Source of the DNA: Chiloscyllium plagiosum
Taxonomy: Eukaryota
NCBI RefSeq assembly: GCF_004010195.1
Contig: NC_057749.1
Location: 9,512,646-9,576,645 of the forward strand
DNA length: 64,000 nucleotides
Direction: 5' to 3'
A program made the position numbers and the translations under genes. This document shows, piece by piece, positions 12,636 to 24,760 of this stretch; position 1 is the first letter of the stretch, and each line of letters begins with the position of its first letter. The notes beneath the pieces are model-generated. The model was not told the DNA's origin. It made no database searches and saw only the letters and a list, made by a program, of their open reading frames with translations.

Positions 12636-13889
12636 GTTCCCTGGACCCTAAGTTCTGGAACTCTGTCCAGCCACCTCACATTCTTCCTTTATGACATTCG
12701 ATCAAATCCTAACACTTTGAGGAGACACTTGGTCATCTGGCCTACCATCGTATTGTTGTGGCTTGGTGTCATGTCATGTATTTTTTAAAAGCCCCTGCGA
12801 AACACCTTGAGGTGATTTTATAACATTATAAAGGTGCTACATGAGTATAAGTGGTTGTTGTTCTTCGTGCTGCCAAATGAGCTGAGCTGATACCTGTAAT
12901 GAACAACAAAACCAGAGAGTGAACGAACAAGTACAAGTTCTTGTCATTCTCCTCATTTCTGTATTTGAATCTTAAACAGAGAAATTGTTGGTTACACCTC
13001 CTCCTTAATGATATTTTGCCATTCTTTTGCAACTGTGTATTTTTTTGTTGGGGGTGGGGGTGGGGTTTGCACTTGGCTGATTCCATCACTCTCAGAGAAG
13101 CTGTCAATTGTTTGATGGATAGCAGCAGGAATGTGGCACAATTGACAAAAAAAAAACTCCTGTCTACTCAAGTTCACTTTGGATTTCAGCCACAGCAATC
13201 ATAAACAGTTTACTTAGTCACGAAAACATTCTTTAATGCCACATTGAAGACACAGTTCTCAACAGAATACTTTTGGCAGTATCTCATGTCAAGTGTAAAC
13301 AGTCAATATTGGTTCCAATTTTTCCACACTAATAATATAAACACTTCCTCCCTCACAGTCATGCTCTCACCGCTTTCACTTTGCAAAATGCCCTTTATAA
13401 GTAACTGAATGAAAACCTAATCGGAAGTGAGGACTTGAGTTTACTATACTTAAGGCACGTTCCTAAGATTTAAGGAACATTGGCAGAGGTTCAAACAATC
13501 CTGTCTGTACTTGACTTGTACTCTCAACCTCAGACTCTCAAATGTTTTCCTTGTTAAAGTTCCAATTATCCTGCTTTTACAGTGCACCTAATTAAGACTA
13601 TCTATTCATTCACTTCCCTACCCAAAAATTAATTAAAACTTGTGATGTGGGAAATTCTACAGGAGAGAAGAAAGACTTTGCATTTTTTAAAATGTCTTTT
13701 GGAGCACAGTCATCTTCCTATATTTTAGAGCCAATAAAGTACATGTTTGAAGTGTAGTCACTCTTAATGCACCATTAAATGTGCAAGATTTCAAAAATTG
13801 CCATGTGCCAAATCACCAGATATTCTGTTTCTTTAAAGGTGTTGGTTGAATGATAAATATTGGTCATTGTGTCTGCAGTGATTATAACG

Positions 13890-14105
13890 AGGTCAGCAGA
13901 CCCACACCTATCCCTGAAACCTCACATTTCCCATGGCTAATCCACCTAACCTACACACCTTTGGACAGTGGGAGGAAATCAGAGGAAACCCACACAGACA
14001 TGGGGAGAACATGCAAACTCCACAAAGATAGTCACCTGAGGGCAGAATTGCCCTGGGTCCCTGACACTGTGAGGCAGTAGTGCTAACCACTGAGCCACCG
14101 TGTCA
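13890..14105 (-). mobile_element. HE1-type V-SINE (partial)
   Basis: ctgtgaggcagtagtgctaaccactgagccaccgtg head and V-domain. Confidence 0.8.
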
Positions 14106-16039
14106 CCTAAAGTGTCAGAGATACTGTTACACAGGTGCCTGATTCTGTATGAGGCATTATTGCGTCAAGAACTGTTCATGTGTAAATAAAGGGTGACTTG
14201 GTGATGGGATGCTGGCCTCTGTAGAGTTATTTCAGCCCCTGACTGTGTTCCCTTGGTCTTCTGTATGAGAAGCTATGGCATTTCTGAAATCTAAAAGATG
14301 GGACCTCAATGGACAAATTTAGGAGTTTTGGATAGACTTAGGTTTGCAGAGTGTGGAAATGGTTTGCAAGCCAATAAGCCAAGAGAGCATGGGAATTGTG
14401 GTCAAGAAATAACGAAGACACAGCTGACAGTCTCAAACAACAAAAAAACGTGATGAGCTGTGCCCCACCCATCACTGTTAGGTGTCAAATCTGGGCCCTC
14501 CCTAACTTGTACAACTCAATAACTCACCCTGCAATCTAATCAAACACAGTGCTGTCAGCGACTCCATTTCCTAAACACCCTGTCCATTCCTAAACACAAT
14601 GCACTCAAAGCAACTAAAAAATAATAATGATTCACAAAAAATCCAGCTGTGCAGGTAACTTTGCCATGAAGCAGTCAAACTGTGTCCTTGTGGTTTATGA
14701 TATCAAGTGTTACACCCCTATGATACATTCCAACATAGTATTGTATGCACTGCCTGTTGAAAGCCAGACTTATAACAACACAGAAATTGTAGCTACTATA
14801 CTGCCAGAGAAATCTTTAAAGATGAAGAATATATTTACAGTTTCAGTAACTGAACAAGGAAATCGCCTCTTCATTTTGTTGAATTTCCAGTTAAGGGTTT
14901 AACAGGATTGATACTGGAAGGATGTTTTCCCTGCCTGGGGATTCTAGAACTAGAAGAGATCACTGTTGCAAATCGGAGTGTTTGGCCTTTTCGCAATGAG
15001 ATAAGCATAAATTTCGTCACTCAGGGAGTTGTGAATCTTTAAAATGCTCTGTCCCAGAGAGCTGTGGTTACTCAAGCATGTTTCAGAATGCAAATCCCTG
15101 AAGTCAAGCAATAGATGCCTCATTGAGTTTAAGATGACTAGTCCACCACCGAGTCTGCAGATTTGCAGCATTGCTTGCTTCTTTCCACAAATACATAAGG
15201 GGCTAGTGCTGAGGCCCCAGCAGTAAAGGTCTCATACACAGGTATCCTGGTCTCTTCAAACCTGTTTACCAAAGACCACTCTTGCCAATGGGATGCCAAT
15301 CAAGCAGTCTGCTTTGTCCTGAACGGTCAGAGATTTACAGTACAGATAAAGATCCTTTGGCCCATCACGTCCATGCCAATCAAGTGTCTTGTTCCATAAG
15401 TATTATTGGAGCTGCGCCCACCCAGGCAAGTGGGGACTATTCCATCACATTCCTCACTTGTGCCTTTTATATGATGGACTGGCTTTGGAAAGGCAGAGAC
15501 TGAGCTATTTGTTTTACACACCAAGATCCATATATTGAATTGGGCAGCAAAAAATGTTCAGAGATTTGCAAGGGTTTTATTGGAAACCTCAGTTTAGCAC
15601 AAACATCCGGTTCCACCCTTCTCTTCTGAAGCCTCTTCCTGTCCAGAAGCCAACTCCTCACTTGAGAAGAACCAAGCTTTTAAATATAAAGTCCAATGAA
15701 CATTACATGCCATCAGTCAACTCTGTGGCTGTTCTGTTTGACCCTTAAAGGGACCTGTACTTCTACCACTGACATGACTCTCTGCCGAATTTCTAGCCTT
15801 TGACCTATCCTTTGAGCCACTATGTGGCTTTATTTGTTTGGTTCAGTACAATTTCTGGTCAACAATAACTCTCAGGAGGATAATGTTGATGAACGAGCAT
15901 GTATTTTGCCACGTACTTTATATGCTTAAACAGATTATTTCGCACTCTTTTAATTTGCAGAGGAATCAGTTTGCTCAATCTCTCCTAGTAGGATAACCTT
16001 CTTATTTCAGGAATCAGTCTAGTGAGCCATTACTAATAT

Positions 16040-16345
16040 AGAATAGAATCCCTAAAGTATGGGAGCAGGCCATTCATTCCAATGAGTCCACACCATCCCT
16101 CTGAAGAATATCCCATCCAGACTCACTTTATCCCCGTAACCCCATGGCGAACCCATTGAGCCTGCACATCCCTGAACACTATGGGCAACTTAGCATGGCC
16201 AATCCACTTAACCTGCATGTTTTGAGTATGGTAGGAAACCCATAGAGACACAGGGAGATTGTGCAAACTCCAACACAGTTGCCTGAGGATGGAATCGAAC
16301 CCAAGATGCTGGCGCTGTGAGGCCGCAGTGCTAATCACCGAGCCA
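16040..16345 (-). mobile_element. HE1-type V-SINE
   Basis: Head, V-domain and tail motifs. Confidence 0.8.
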
Positions 16346-16555
16346 CTTATTCTGACCGACCTGAATCTAATATATATTTGCTTAGGTCTGGAGGTCTGAA
16401 CTGTATCAGGTGTGGTCTAATGTATTTCAGTTTATTTCAGGAGGGTGCACTTGTAGAACATTTTCTATTGTTAGAGGAACTATGTTAACCCTTGAGAGTT
16501 TCCCAAGAGTGTCAGTAGTTTATTAAGGGAGACAGGAACGTGTAAATGATTTTAC

Positions 16556-16664
16556 CAGGTGGTCCAGGAAGGCCAGGCAGGTGTGGAGGGCATTGCAATG
16601 TTTCTGAGCATTTCCTCCCCAGCTGTGTCTTTTCACTGGAGTTATCCAGATTTGTGAACAGGAG
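16556..16664 (-). CDS. CCBE1: CCBE1-family exon 7 equivalent (109 nt), linker into collagen: LLFTNLDNSSEKTQLGRKCSETLQCPPHLPGLPGPP
   Basis: Strong acceptor tcttttcttttcccag, donor gtaaaa. Open frame in phase 0-1, exactly what is needed between exons 6 and 8. Ends in Gly-X-Y triplets. Similarity to human exon 7 is weak. Confidence 0.85.
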
Positions 16665-16964
16665 CTGGGAAAAGAAAAGATTTCATTGTTAGGTTGTTTT
16701 ACACACAAAGAAAAGTCTGTTACTGATAAACCTCTGGATTCCAAACAAAGTTGGAGGATTCAAACTGTAGCCATTCAACTGCAGAAATCACTGTCTTGAC
16801 TGCCAGGTCTCATTTCATTGTTTGAGCAAAGGTGGGTGTAATAATAACAGAGAGGGGCTGAGACTTGACACGGAAATGGATATGGGACAAATGACAACAT
16901 AATTGTTACTTGTTACACATGGCTAACATATTGTTTCATTGCACTGACAGCAACTATTTTTAAA

Positions 16965-18030
16965 ATTCATTTGTGGGATATGGGCGCCGCTGGCTGGGCC
17001 AGCATTTATTGCCCACCCTAATTGCTTTGAGAAGGTGATGGTGAGCTGCCTTCTGAAACCACTGCAATTCACGTGCATGCAGATAGACCCACAATGCCAT
17101 TAGAAATGGACTTCCAGGTTTTTGACTCCGTGAAACTGAAGGGACAGCGATACATTTCCAAGTCAAGATGGTGAGTAGCTCGGAGGGGAACTTGCAGGTG
17201 TTCCCATGTATTTGTTGCCCTTGTCCTTCTAGACAGAAGTGGTCGTGGGTTTGGAAGGAACTGTCTGAGTATCTTGGATAAATTTCTGCAGTGCATCATG
17301 TGCACAGTACACACTGCTGCTACTGAGCATCGGAAGGAGTGAGTGTTTGTGGACATGGTGCCAATCAAGCGGGATGATGTCAAGCTTCTTGAGTGTTGTC
17401 AGAGCTGCACCCATTAATGATATTACATGTAAAGGACAATGGTTAGATGCTGTCTTCTTGGAGCTGGTCATTGCCTTACACTTATGTGGCGCAAATGTCA
17501 TTTGCCACTTGTCAATCCAAGCCTAGACATTGGGCATGGTTTTGCTGCTTTTGGGCATGGATTGCTTTAATATCTGAGGAGTTGCGAATGGTGCTGAATA
17601 TTGTGCAATCATCAGTGAAAAAGCCCACTTCTGATATTGTGATGAAGACAAGGGCTTCTCAAAGCAATGCTCAATCAAATGGTGCCTTGACGTCAAGAGC
17701 ATTCACTCTTATCTCAGCTCTGTATATTCAGCTCTTTTGTCCATTTTGAACTCAGGTTGCAATGAGTTTAGGAGTTGGCTATAGCAGAACTCAAAATTGG
17801 GCATCACTGAGCAGGTTATTACTAAGCAAGTGCTGCTTGATAACACCGTTCATGACAACTTCATTACTTAACTGAAGATCAAAAATAGACTAATGGGGCA
17901 TTAATTGGCCAGTTTGGATTTGTCCTGCTTTTTGTGTACAGGACATACCTGGGCAATTTTCCACATTGTTGTAGCTGGACTGGAACAGCTTGGCTCGGAG
18001 CGCAGCAATTTCCTGAGCACAAGTCTTCAG
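16965..18030 (-). mobile_element. 3' end of a second LINE family (CR1/L2 group); related pieces at about 810-1545, 10250-10420, 33690-33980, 44335-44670, 55280-55680
   Basis: VAAVCTVHMMHC...RRTRA...WKSISNGIVG and FQKAAHHHLLK. Shared 3' UTR gggcaataaatgctggcc. Confidence 0.7.
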
Positions 18031-18149
18031 TAATGAGTTGAGTATGGGGTAATTGACACTATATTGCTAATTTTGCATCTCAGACAAGGACCAATTTCAT
18101 GCTCAGAATGTTGGAAATGCACATCCGGTCAGTCAAGGTCTAAGGAGAA

Positions 18150-18550
18150 AAGAAAGGCTTGTATTTATATTGCAACTTCCAAGTGTTTTTCAGCCAATTA
18201 GATGTTACTATTGTCACATGGGAAATACACCAGCCATTTTCACATAGCAAAATCTAACAATCAGTAATATGATCATAACCAGATCATCTGCTTTTTGATA
18301 TTTATTGAAAGATAAATATTAGTTAGGACACCTAGTACAATTCCTTGACTCTTCTTGGAAATAACTGTGTAGGATCTTGTATGCCCACTTGAGGAAGCAA
18401 ACAGAGCTTGATTTAACATTGCGTACAAAAAGCAGCACCTCTGACAGTGTAGCACTTCCCCAGTATTACACTGGAAGCATTAGCTCTGGTCTTTGTGTTC
18501 AAGTCTCTCTAGCGGGACTTGAACTCACAACATTCTGGTTCAGATAGCTG
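18150..18550 (-). mobile_element. Old Deu-domain-type SINE; further decayed copies at about 8690-9080, 33120-33480, 40085-40460
   Basis: Resembles the recalled Deu-SINE core: minus strand gtgctacactgtcagaggtgctg...gttaaatcaag...aagatcc...aatatttatc...gatctggttat. Confidence 0.5.
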
Positions 18551-19010
18551 AGCTCACAGACACAAAATGCCAAGTTTTATACTATCAGTGAAGTCTTCTA
18601 AAAACCTGCTCCTACACTAAGAAACAACTTTCATATTTTGTTTTATCATTATTTATTTTTGCAGGCAGTGCTGACCAGTCCAGGGACACTAGGGATAATT
18701 AATTGTATCGCTGGTCAATTTTAAGTACATTAAATATCGGTTTGGGATTTGGTTCCCCCATGGACATGAATAAGGCACGTTTTTATAATAATCAAGCAGC
18801 TTTGATAGTCAATCTTTCTCCTGTTAGGGAGCATTTATGTACTGAATTCAGTTTTCCAATATTTTTCATGGTGGGATTTGAGCTCACACTTATTAGTAAT
18901 GTTCATTAGAGAAGGGAAGTCCTACCAGGGAATTCTGACCTAAACAAGAATAAACTCTTATTATTTTTACACCAGTCTAGCAATACTATAATTACCATAC
19001 CGCCTTAATA

Positions 19011-19217
19011 AAAACCGAAAGAACTGTGGATGTTGGAAATCAGAAACAAAAACAGAACTTGTTGGAAAAGCTCAGCAGGTCTGGCAGCATCTGTGAAGAG
19101 AAATCAGTGTTACCGTTCTGAGGAAGGGTCATCAAACCCAAATCACGAACTCTGATTTCTCTTCACGGATGTTGCCAGACCCGCTGAGCTATTTCTACAA
19201 TTTATGTTTTTGCTTTC
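19011..19217. mobile_element. Palindromic PLE-derived element with decayed hammerhead (ctgaggaagggtc...)
   Basis: Arms gctcagcaggtctggcagcatctgtgaagagaaatcag and ctgatttctcttcacggatgttgccagacccgctgagc. Confidence 0.7.
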
Positions 19218-19269
19218 ACCATACTGTTTTGCCTGTCTATCTGGATGCATCATGACTTGGTACTGCAAC

Positions 19270-19900
19270 TCTCCATCCAGAGCCAGAAGAAACTACAGAG
19301 AGTTGTGAACACAGCCCAGACCATCCCATGAGTCAATCTTCCATCCATTGATTTCATCTTCACATCTTGCTGCCTTAGAAAGGCAGCCAATATCATTAAA
19401 GACCCCTCCCACCCTGGTAGTGCTCTCAATATCATCAAAGACCCCTCCCACCCTGGTAGTGCTCTCAATATCATCAAAGACCCCTTCCACCCTGGTACTG
19501 CTCTCAATATCATCAAAGACCCCTCCCACCCTGGTACTGCTCTCAATATCATCAAAGACCCCTCCCACCCTGGTAGTGCTCTCAATATCATCAAAGACCC
19601 CTTCCAACCCGGTACTGCTCTCTTCCAACCTCTTCTGTCAGGCAGAAGATAAAAAAGCTTAAACTTATGTACTAACAGGTTCAAGAACAGCTTCTTCCCC
19701 GCTGTTATTAGAGTTCTGGATGGACCTTTCAAATTTCAAATTTAATGTTGATCTTACTTTTTGTGCACTTTCTTTGCAGCCAAACCTTTGTATTCAATCA
19801 CCCTACAATCTTTGTTTGTTATGATCTGCCTGTACTGCATGCAAAACAAAACTTCTCACTGTACCTAGGTACATGTGACTACAATCAAATCAAATCAAAT
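19270..19900 (+). mobile_element. Rex1/Babar-type LINE 3' end with (aatca)n tail; relatives at about 1612-1822(+), 40485-40722(+), 40960-41160(-), 41400-41870(-), 54770-55165(-)
   Basis: Decayed KKLQRVVNTAQ...CLRKAANIIKDPSHPG...SGRR...TNRFKNSFFPAVIR C-terminus. Confidence 0.72.
19389..19622 (+). repeat. Minisatellite, 6 x 39 bp
   Basis: Unit aatatcatcaaagacccctcccaccctggtagtgctctc, near-identical copies. Confidence 0.95.
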
Positions 19901-19990
19901 CCTTCAAAATATAGAATTGTGTGGACAGCCCATTTGAACGGTGAGTGAGAACTATAGCAGGCTTCTGGCTGCTAAATTACACACATATGT

Positions 19991-20248
19991 TAGATTAGAT
20001 TAGAATCCTTACAGTGTGGAAACAGGCCATTTGGCCCAACAAGTCCACACCGACCCTCCAAAGAGTAACCCACCCTGACCCATTCCCCTACCCTATATTT
20101 ACCCCTAACTAATGCACCTAACACAATGGACAATTTAGCATCGCCAATTCACCTGACCAACACATCTTTGGATTGTGGGAGGAAACCAAAGCACCCAAAG
20201 GAAACCTACGCAGACACGGGGAGAATGTGCAAACTCCACACAGACAGT
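19991..20248 (-). mobile_element. HE1-type V-SINE, head missing
   Basis: (tagat)n tail and V-domain; ends at the PLE palindrome. Confidence 0.82.
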
Positions 20249-20249
20249 G

Positions 20250-20470
20250 TGGAGTGGTGCTGGATTAGAGTGGTCCTGGAAAAGCACAGCAGGTCAGGCA
20301 GCATTCAAGGAGCAGGAAAATCAAGCTTTCGGGCCAGAGCCCTTCATCAGGTTTTGGCCAGAAATGTCGATTCTCCTGTTCCTCGGATACTTCCTGACCT
20401 GCTGTGCTTTTCCAGCACTACTCTAATCTTGACTCTGATCTCCAGCATCTGCAGTCCTCACTTTTGCCTG
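20250..20470. mobile_element. Palindromic PLE-derived element with a minus-strand hammerhead core (20321-20351)
   Basis: Arms tggaaaagcacagcaggtcagg and cctgacctgctgtgcttttcca. Minus strand core: CTGATGA a gggc tctg gccc GAAA gc TT. Abuts a truncated HE1 SINE. Confidence 0.8.
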
Positions 20471-21304
20471 GTGTTATTCTGAACCATGCGCTAGCCAAAT
20501 GAATTAATCAGCCCCAAGTAGCACAATGCAGAGCGCAAGATTCTGAATACAGCCTCCGGGTCTGAAAGGAGGAGTTAGTTACACAACCTGATGCACTTCC
20601 CCAGTGATCAACATCATTTGATATTCATTATTCCAGCAAAGATTAAATGTCACTTCATAACTATTTTATCTATTTCTTAATAATTGCCAACTAGAGGTGC
20701 TCCTCCACAAACCATAGTTTTAACAACATTGTAATTTAATAAATAAAAATAGAATGTAGTAACAAGCAGCGATTCATAAGTAAGGTGCGTGCCTTTAACA
20801 CAACCACCCACTAAGCTTATTCAGTAGCTAATAATAGGTTTCTGACAAATCTAACCATAAAGGCATCTTTATGTATCATAACAAAAGCCATATTGAGCTA
20901 TTTTTATAAACAAGCTGTGAGTTAGCCTCAGAATCCGAACCCACAGGAGTTTCACCAATGTTTTGTTTGATTCAAAAGTGTGGATCTGTGAATTCCCAAA
21001 CAGGGTGGGAGTTCGAGACCATTGCAGTTGAACATATCACCTTTCAGTATGTCGCATGCCATGTGATGTAGCTGAGTGAACACAGATCAGACTTGGGTGT
21101 GAACCTCCAATAGTTGAATGCTTTGAAGCCACTCACTGTTTAAATAAAATCATTGCACGTAGGCATTGTGGCAGGGCCAGCATCTGTTGTCCACCCTAAA
21201 ATATCCTTGAACGGAGTGGCTTGCTAGGTCACTTCAGAGTGTGTTAAGAGTCAACCTCATTGCTGTGGATGTGGATCATGAAGGCTAGACCTGGTAATAG
21301 GGGA

Positions 21305-22080
21305 AACATAGAAAATAGGAGCAAGAGTAGGCCATTCAGCCCTTCAAGCCTGCCACTGCCATTTGTTTTGACTATGACCAATCGTCCAACTCAATAGATT
21401 GTTAATCTTTTTCCCCATATCTTTTGCTGCCTTTAGCCACAGATTATAGATCTTCTTGAAGTCATGCAACGTTTTGGCCTCAACCAGTTTCTGTGGTAGC
21501 GAATTCCACAGGCTCACCATTCTCTGGGTTGAGAAATTTCTCCTCACCTCAGTCTTAAGTGGTTTATTGCACATCCTTAGACTGTGATCCATAATTCTGG
21601 ATTTTCCAGTCATCAGGTGCATCCTTCCTGCATCTACGCTGTCTAGACCTTTTAGAATTTTATATGTTTCTACGAAAACCACCCCCCTCACTCATCTGAG
21701 CAAGTATGATTCAAACTGTTTCAACGTCCTGCCTTCTCAGAAATGTCTGATAAAGCTTTGTTGTACACCTTCCAAAGCGAGAATGTCCTTCCTCAGATGT
21801 GGAAATGAAAACTCCCCATGATATTCCAGGTGTGTGGACTCACCAGTGCCCTATATACTAATTGTAACAAGACATCCCTGCACCTTTACTCCAATCTCCT
21901 TGCGATGAAGGCCAACATAACATTTGACTTCTTCACTGCCTGGTAGACCTGCATGCTTACCTTCAGTGACACCCAGGTCTTGTTGCACATTAACATCTCC
22001 CAATTTGTCACCATTCAGTTAACAATCTGCCTTCCTGTTTTTGCTCCCACATTGGATACCCTCGCATTCTATCCTCATTA
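21305..22080 (-). mobile_element. Decayed CR1 LINE 3' end
   Basis: ETYKILKGLDSVDAGRM...RRNFSTQRMVSLWNSLP. Confidence 0.82.
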
Positions 22081-22082
22081 TG

Positions 22083-22385
22083 AGATTAGATTAGATTCTC
22101 TACAGTGCAGAAACAGGCCCTTCGACCCAAGTCCACACTAACCCTCCGAAAAGTAACCCACCCCCCTCTGACTAATGCACCTAACACTATGGACAATTTA
22201 GCATGGCCAATTCACCTGACCTGCACACCTTTGGAATGTGGGAGGAAACCAGAGCACTGAGAGGAAACCCACGCAGACATGGGGAAAATGTGCAAACTCC
22301 ACACAGACAGTCACCCAAGGCTGGAATTGAACCTGGGACCCTGGTGTTGTGAGGCAGTAGTGCTAACCACTGAGCCACTGTGCTG
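22083..22385 (-). mobile_element. HE1-type V-SINE
   Basis: Full motif set. Confidence 0.88.
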
Positions 22386-23142
22386 ATACTGCATCTGCCA
22401 AGCGTTTGCCCACTCACTCAGCTTATCCAAGTGGTCAACCCTGAAATCTCTCTGTTCTTCCCTTGTTTCACTTCGAGATCAGCAGGGGTTGAGAGGCTAG
22501 TACTCTCACCCCGAATTAGAGTCCAAACCTCACTCCAGAGCTTACAGCACAAGTCTAAGTTCATGCTAAGTTGCAGTACAGGGTGAGTGTAATCTTTGAT
22601 ATGAGATACCAAAGACAAATTCCAAGGGACTATTCTAAAGTCATCTTAGAATCAATCTGGCACCCTGAGACACATGAGGCAGATGAAATGCATCTTGCTG
22701 CAGTTTATCTTTCCTGGAGGAGGTCACCAGCTTGTCACCAACATCTGTAGTTTCAAGGGCTCTATTCTGCATCAAGCATGGTTGACCAACAGATTCTCCT
22801 ACTCTCCCTGCCTGCCATAGGATGTACAGGTTCATAAACAACCTGATGGCTTATGAACTCACCTTTCTTTGCCGAAGAGTAGAACATCGAATATAGAACA
22901 TTACAACCTTCCGCCCTCGATGTTGTGCTGCCCTGTGGAACCAATCGAATGCCCATCTAACCTACACTGTTCCATTCTTGTCCATATACCTCTCAAATGA
23001 CAATTTAAATGCCCTTAAAGTTGAAGAGTCTACTACTGTAGCAGGCAGTGAGTTCCATGTCCCTACTGCTGTCTGAGTAAAGAAACCACCTGTAACATCT
23101 GTCCTATATCTATCACCCCTCAATTTAAAGCTATGTTCCCTT

Positions 23143-23268
23143 TGTGGTGCTGGAAAAGCACAGCCAGTCATGCAGCATCCTCGGATGCTGCCTGACCGGC
23201 TGTGCTTTTCCAACATCACACTGTTTGACTCTGATCTCCAGCATCTGCAGTCCTCACCTTCTCCTAGT
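23143..23268. mobile_element. Palindromic PLE-tail element without a hammerhead core
   Basis: Arms ggaaaagcacagccagtca and tgaccggctgtgcttttcc, plus the shared tail ctccagcatctgcagtcctcac. Confidence 0.68.
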
Positions 23269-23315
23269 TGATTATCACCTTTTTTTGCATCAAGTCCTGA
23301 GATTGAACTTCAACA

Positions 23316-23638
23316 TAGAATTCCAACAGTGTGGAAGCAGGCCATTCGACAAGCACGTCCACTCTGACCCTCCGAAGAACATCCCACCCACACTCTCCAC
23401 TACCCCCGCATTCCAATGGCTAACCTACCTAGCTTGCATGTACCTGGAAACAATGGGGCAATTTAACATGGCTAATCTATCCAATCTGCACATCTTGTGA
23501 GAGGAAACTGGCGGAAACCCATGCAGACACGGGGAGAATGTGCACATTCCACATGGACACTCGCCCGAGACTGGAGTCAAACCCGGGGTCCTGGCCCTGT
23601 GAGGCAGTAGTGCTAACCACTGAGCCACTGTACCACCC
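23316..23638 (-). mobile_element. HE1-type V-SINE
   Basis: Head and V-domain motifs. Confidence 0.8.
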
Positions 23639-24015
23639 AAGCTTGAACCCAGAGCTTCTGGCTCAGAGACAGACACCAGCCACTGGATCATGAGAGGTCC
23701 AGATATTCCAAAGAAGAGTTGGGAGTTGTTTTTAGTGCCCTGACCAATACTTATCCCTCAGCGAATGAAGTAACACTTCAAGGTGTAAGTCACTGTTGTA
23801 ACGTAGGAAGTATGGCTGCCAGCAATCTCCCACAGACAGAGATGTACTCATGACCAGATAATCTGTTTTTAATGATGAGGGACAAATGTTGGTCTGACAC
23901 ATTAATCTCACCAGTTGAGTTTCTGATGGAATTTGCTGCAATCAGTAAGCCTTTCACTGCCAGCATAACTGGCAGCATTTATATTGAGCACAGATCGGCA
24001 ATTATATCACATTAC

Positions 24016-24122
24016 CTTCTGCTTGAACTGTGCCAAAGTCTGCTTCATCTGCAGAAACTCTTCACAAGTGACCGAACAAGTGCCAGCACTCATCAGGTGA
24101 TCGGATTTAATCGCACTGCTGT
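24016..24122 (-). CDS. CCBE1: CCBE1-family exon 6 equivalent (107 nt): (D)SSAIKSDHLMSAGTCSVTCEEFLQMKQTLAQFKQK
   Basis: Not in the ORF track; found by manual translation. Acceptor tctttcag, donor gtaat. Aligns to recalled human [24 protein letters not shown]. Phase 1-0. Confidence 0.94.
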
Positions 24123-24415
24123 CTGAAAGAGGGAGGAACCGTGAATATCTTCTTTAGTTAATCACTTCATGACTCCAGTATTGAAGCTCTGAGATCTTTT
24201 AATCTGGAAAAGCAGCTGGAAATCTAGCTTAGCAATGTACTAACAAACAACACGGAAGAGAGGAATAGGAGTGTACAGGTTCCTTGGTCTTTATCCCATA
24301 ATTTCTCTTCTGTATGCCACCCCTCACCATAATGACCCTCATCACCAGCCACGCTATCTGGGAGAAATGTCACAGTAACAAGGAAGTAAAGTGTGAGTTA
24401 ACCTTAAATTGAACT

Positions 24416-24760
24416 GGGTGGCACGGTGACTCGGTGATTAGTACTACTGCCTCACAGCGCCAGGGACCTGGGTTTGATTCCACCCTTAGGGCGCTGCATG
24501 TGTGGAGTTTGTACATTCTCCCTGTGTCTGTGTGGGTTTCCTCCAGGTGCTCTGGTTTCCTCCCACAGTTCAAAGATGTACAGTTTAGGTGGAGTGGCCA
24601 TGCGAAAGTGCCCATAATGTCCAGGAATGTGCAAGTTAGATGGATTAGCCATGAGAAATGCAGGGTTGTAGGGGGTGGGTCTGGGTGGGCTGTTCTTTGG
24701 AGGGTCAGTGGGGACTGGAAATAGCTGAATGGCCTGCTTTCACACTGTAGGAATTCTATG
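24416..24760 (+). mobile_element. HE1-type V-SINE
   Basis: gggtggcacggtgactcggtgattag head, V-domain, tail. Confidence 0.85.

Noticed and set aside
15467..15661. ORF containing LLPNS, similar to human CCBE1 exon 7 IALLPNN
   Set aside because: No Gly-X-Y ending or convincing phase-compatible splice sites; 16556-16664 fits the required 0-1 phase.
19250..19732. Repetitive ORFs and a possible CRISPR-like array
   Set aside because: Contiguous 39-bp tandem units with no unique spacers, inside a LINE remnant in a vertebrate genome.
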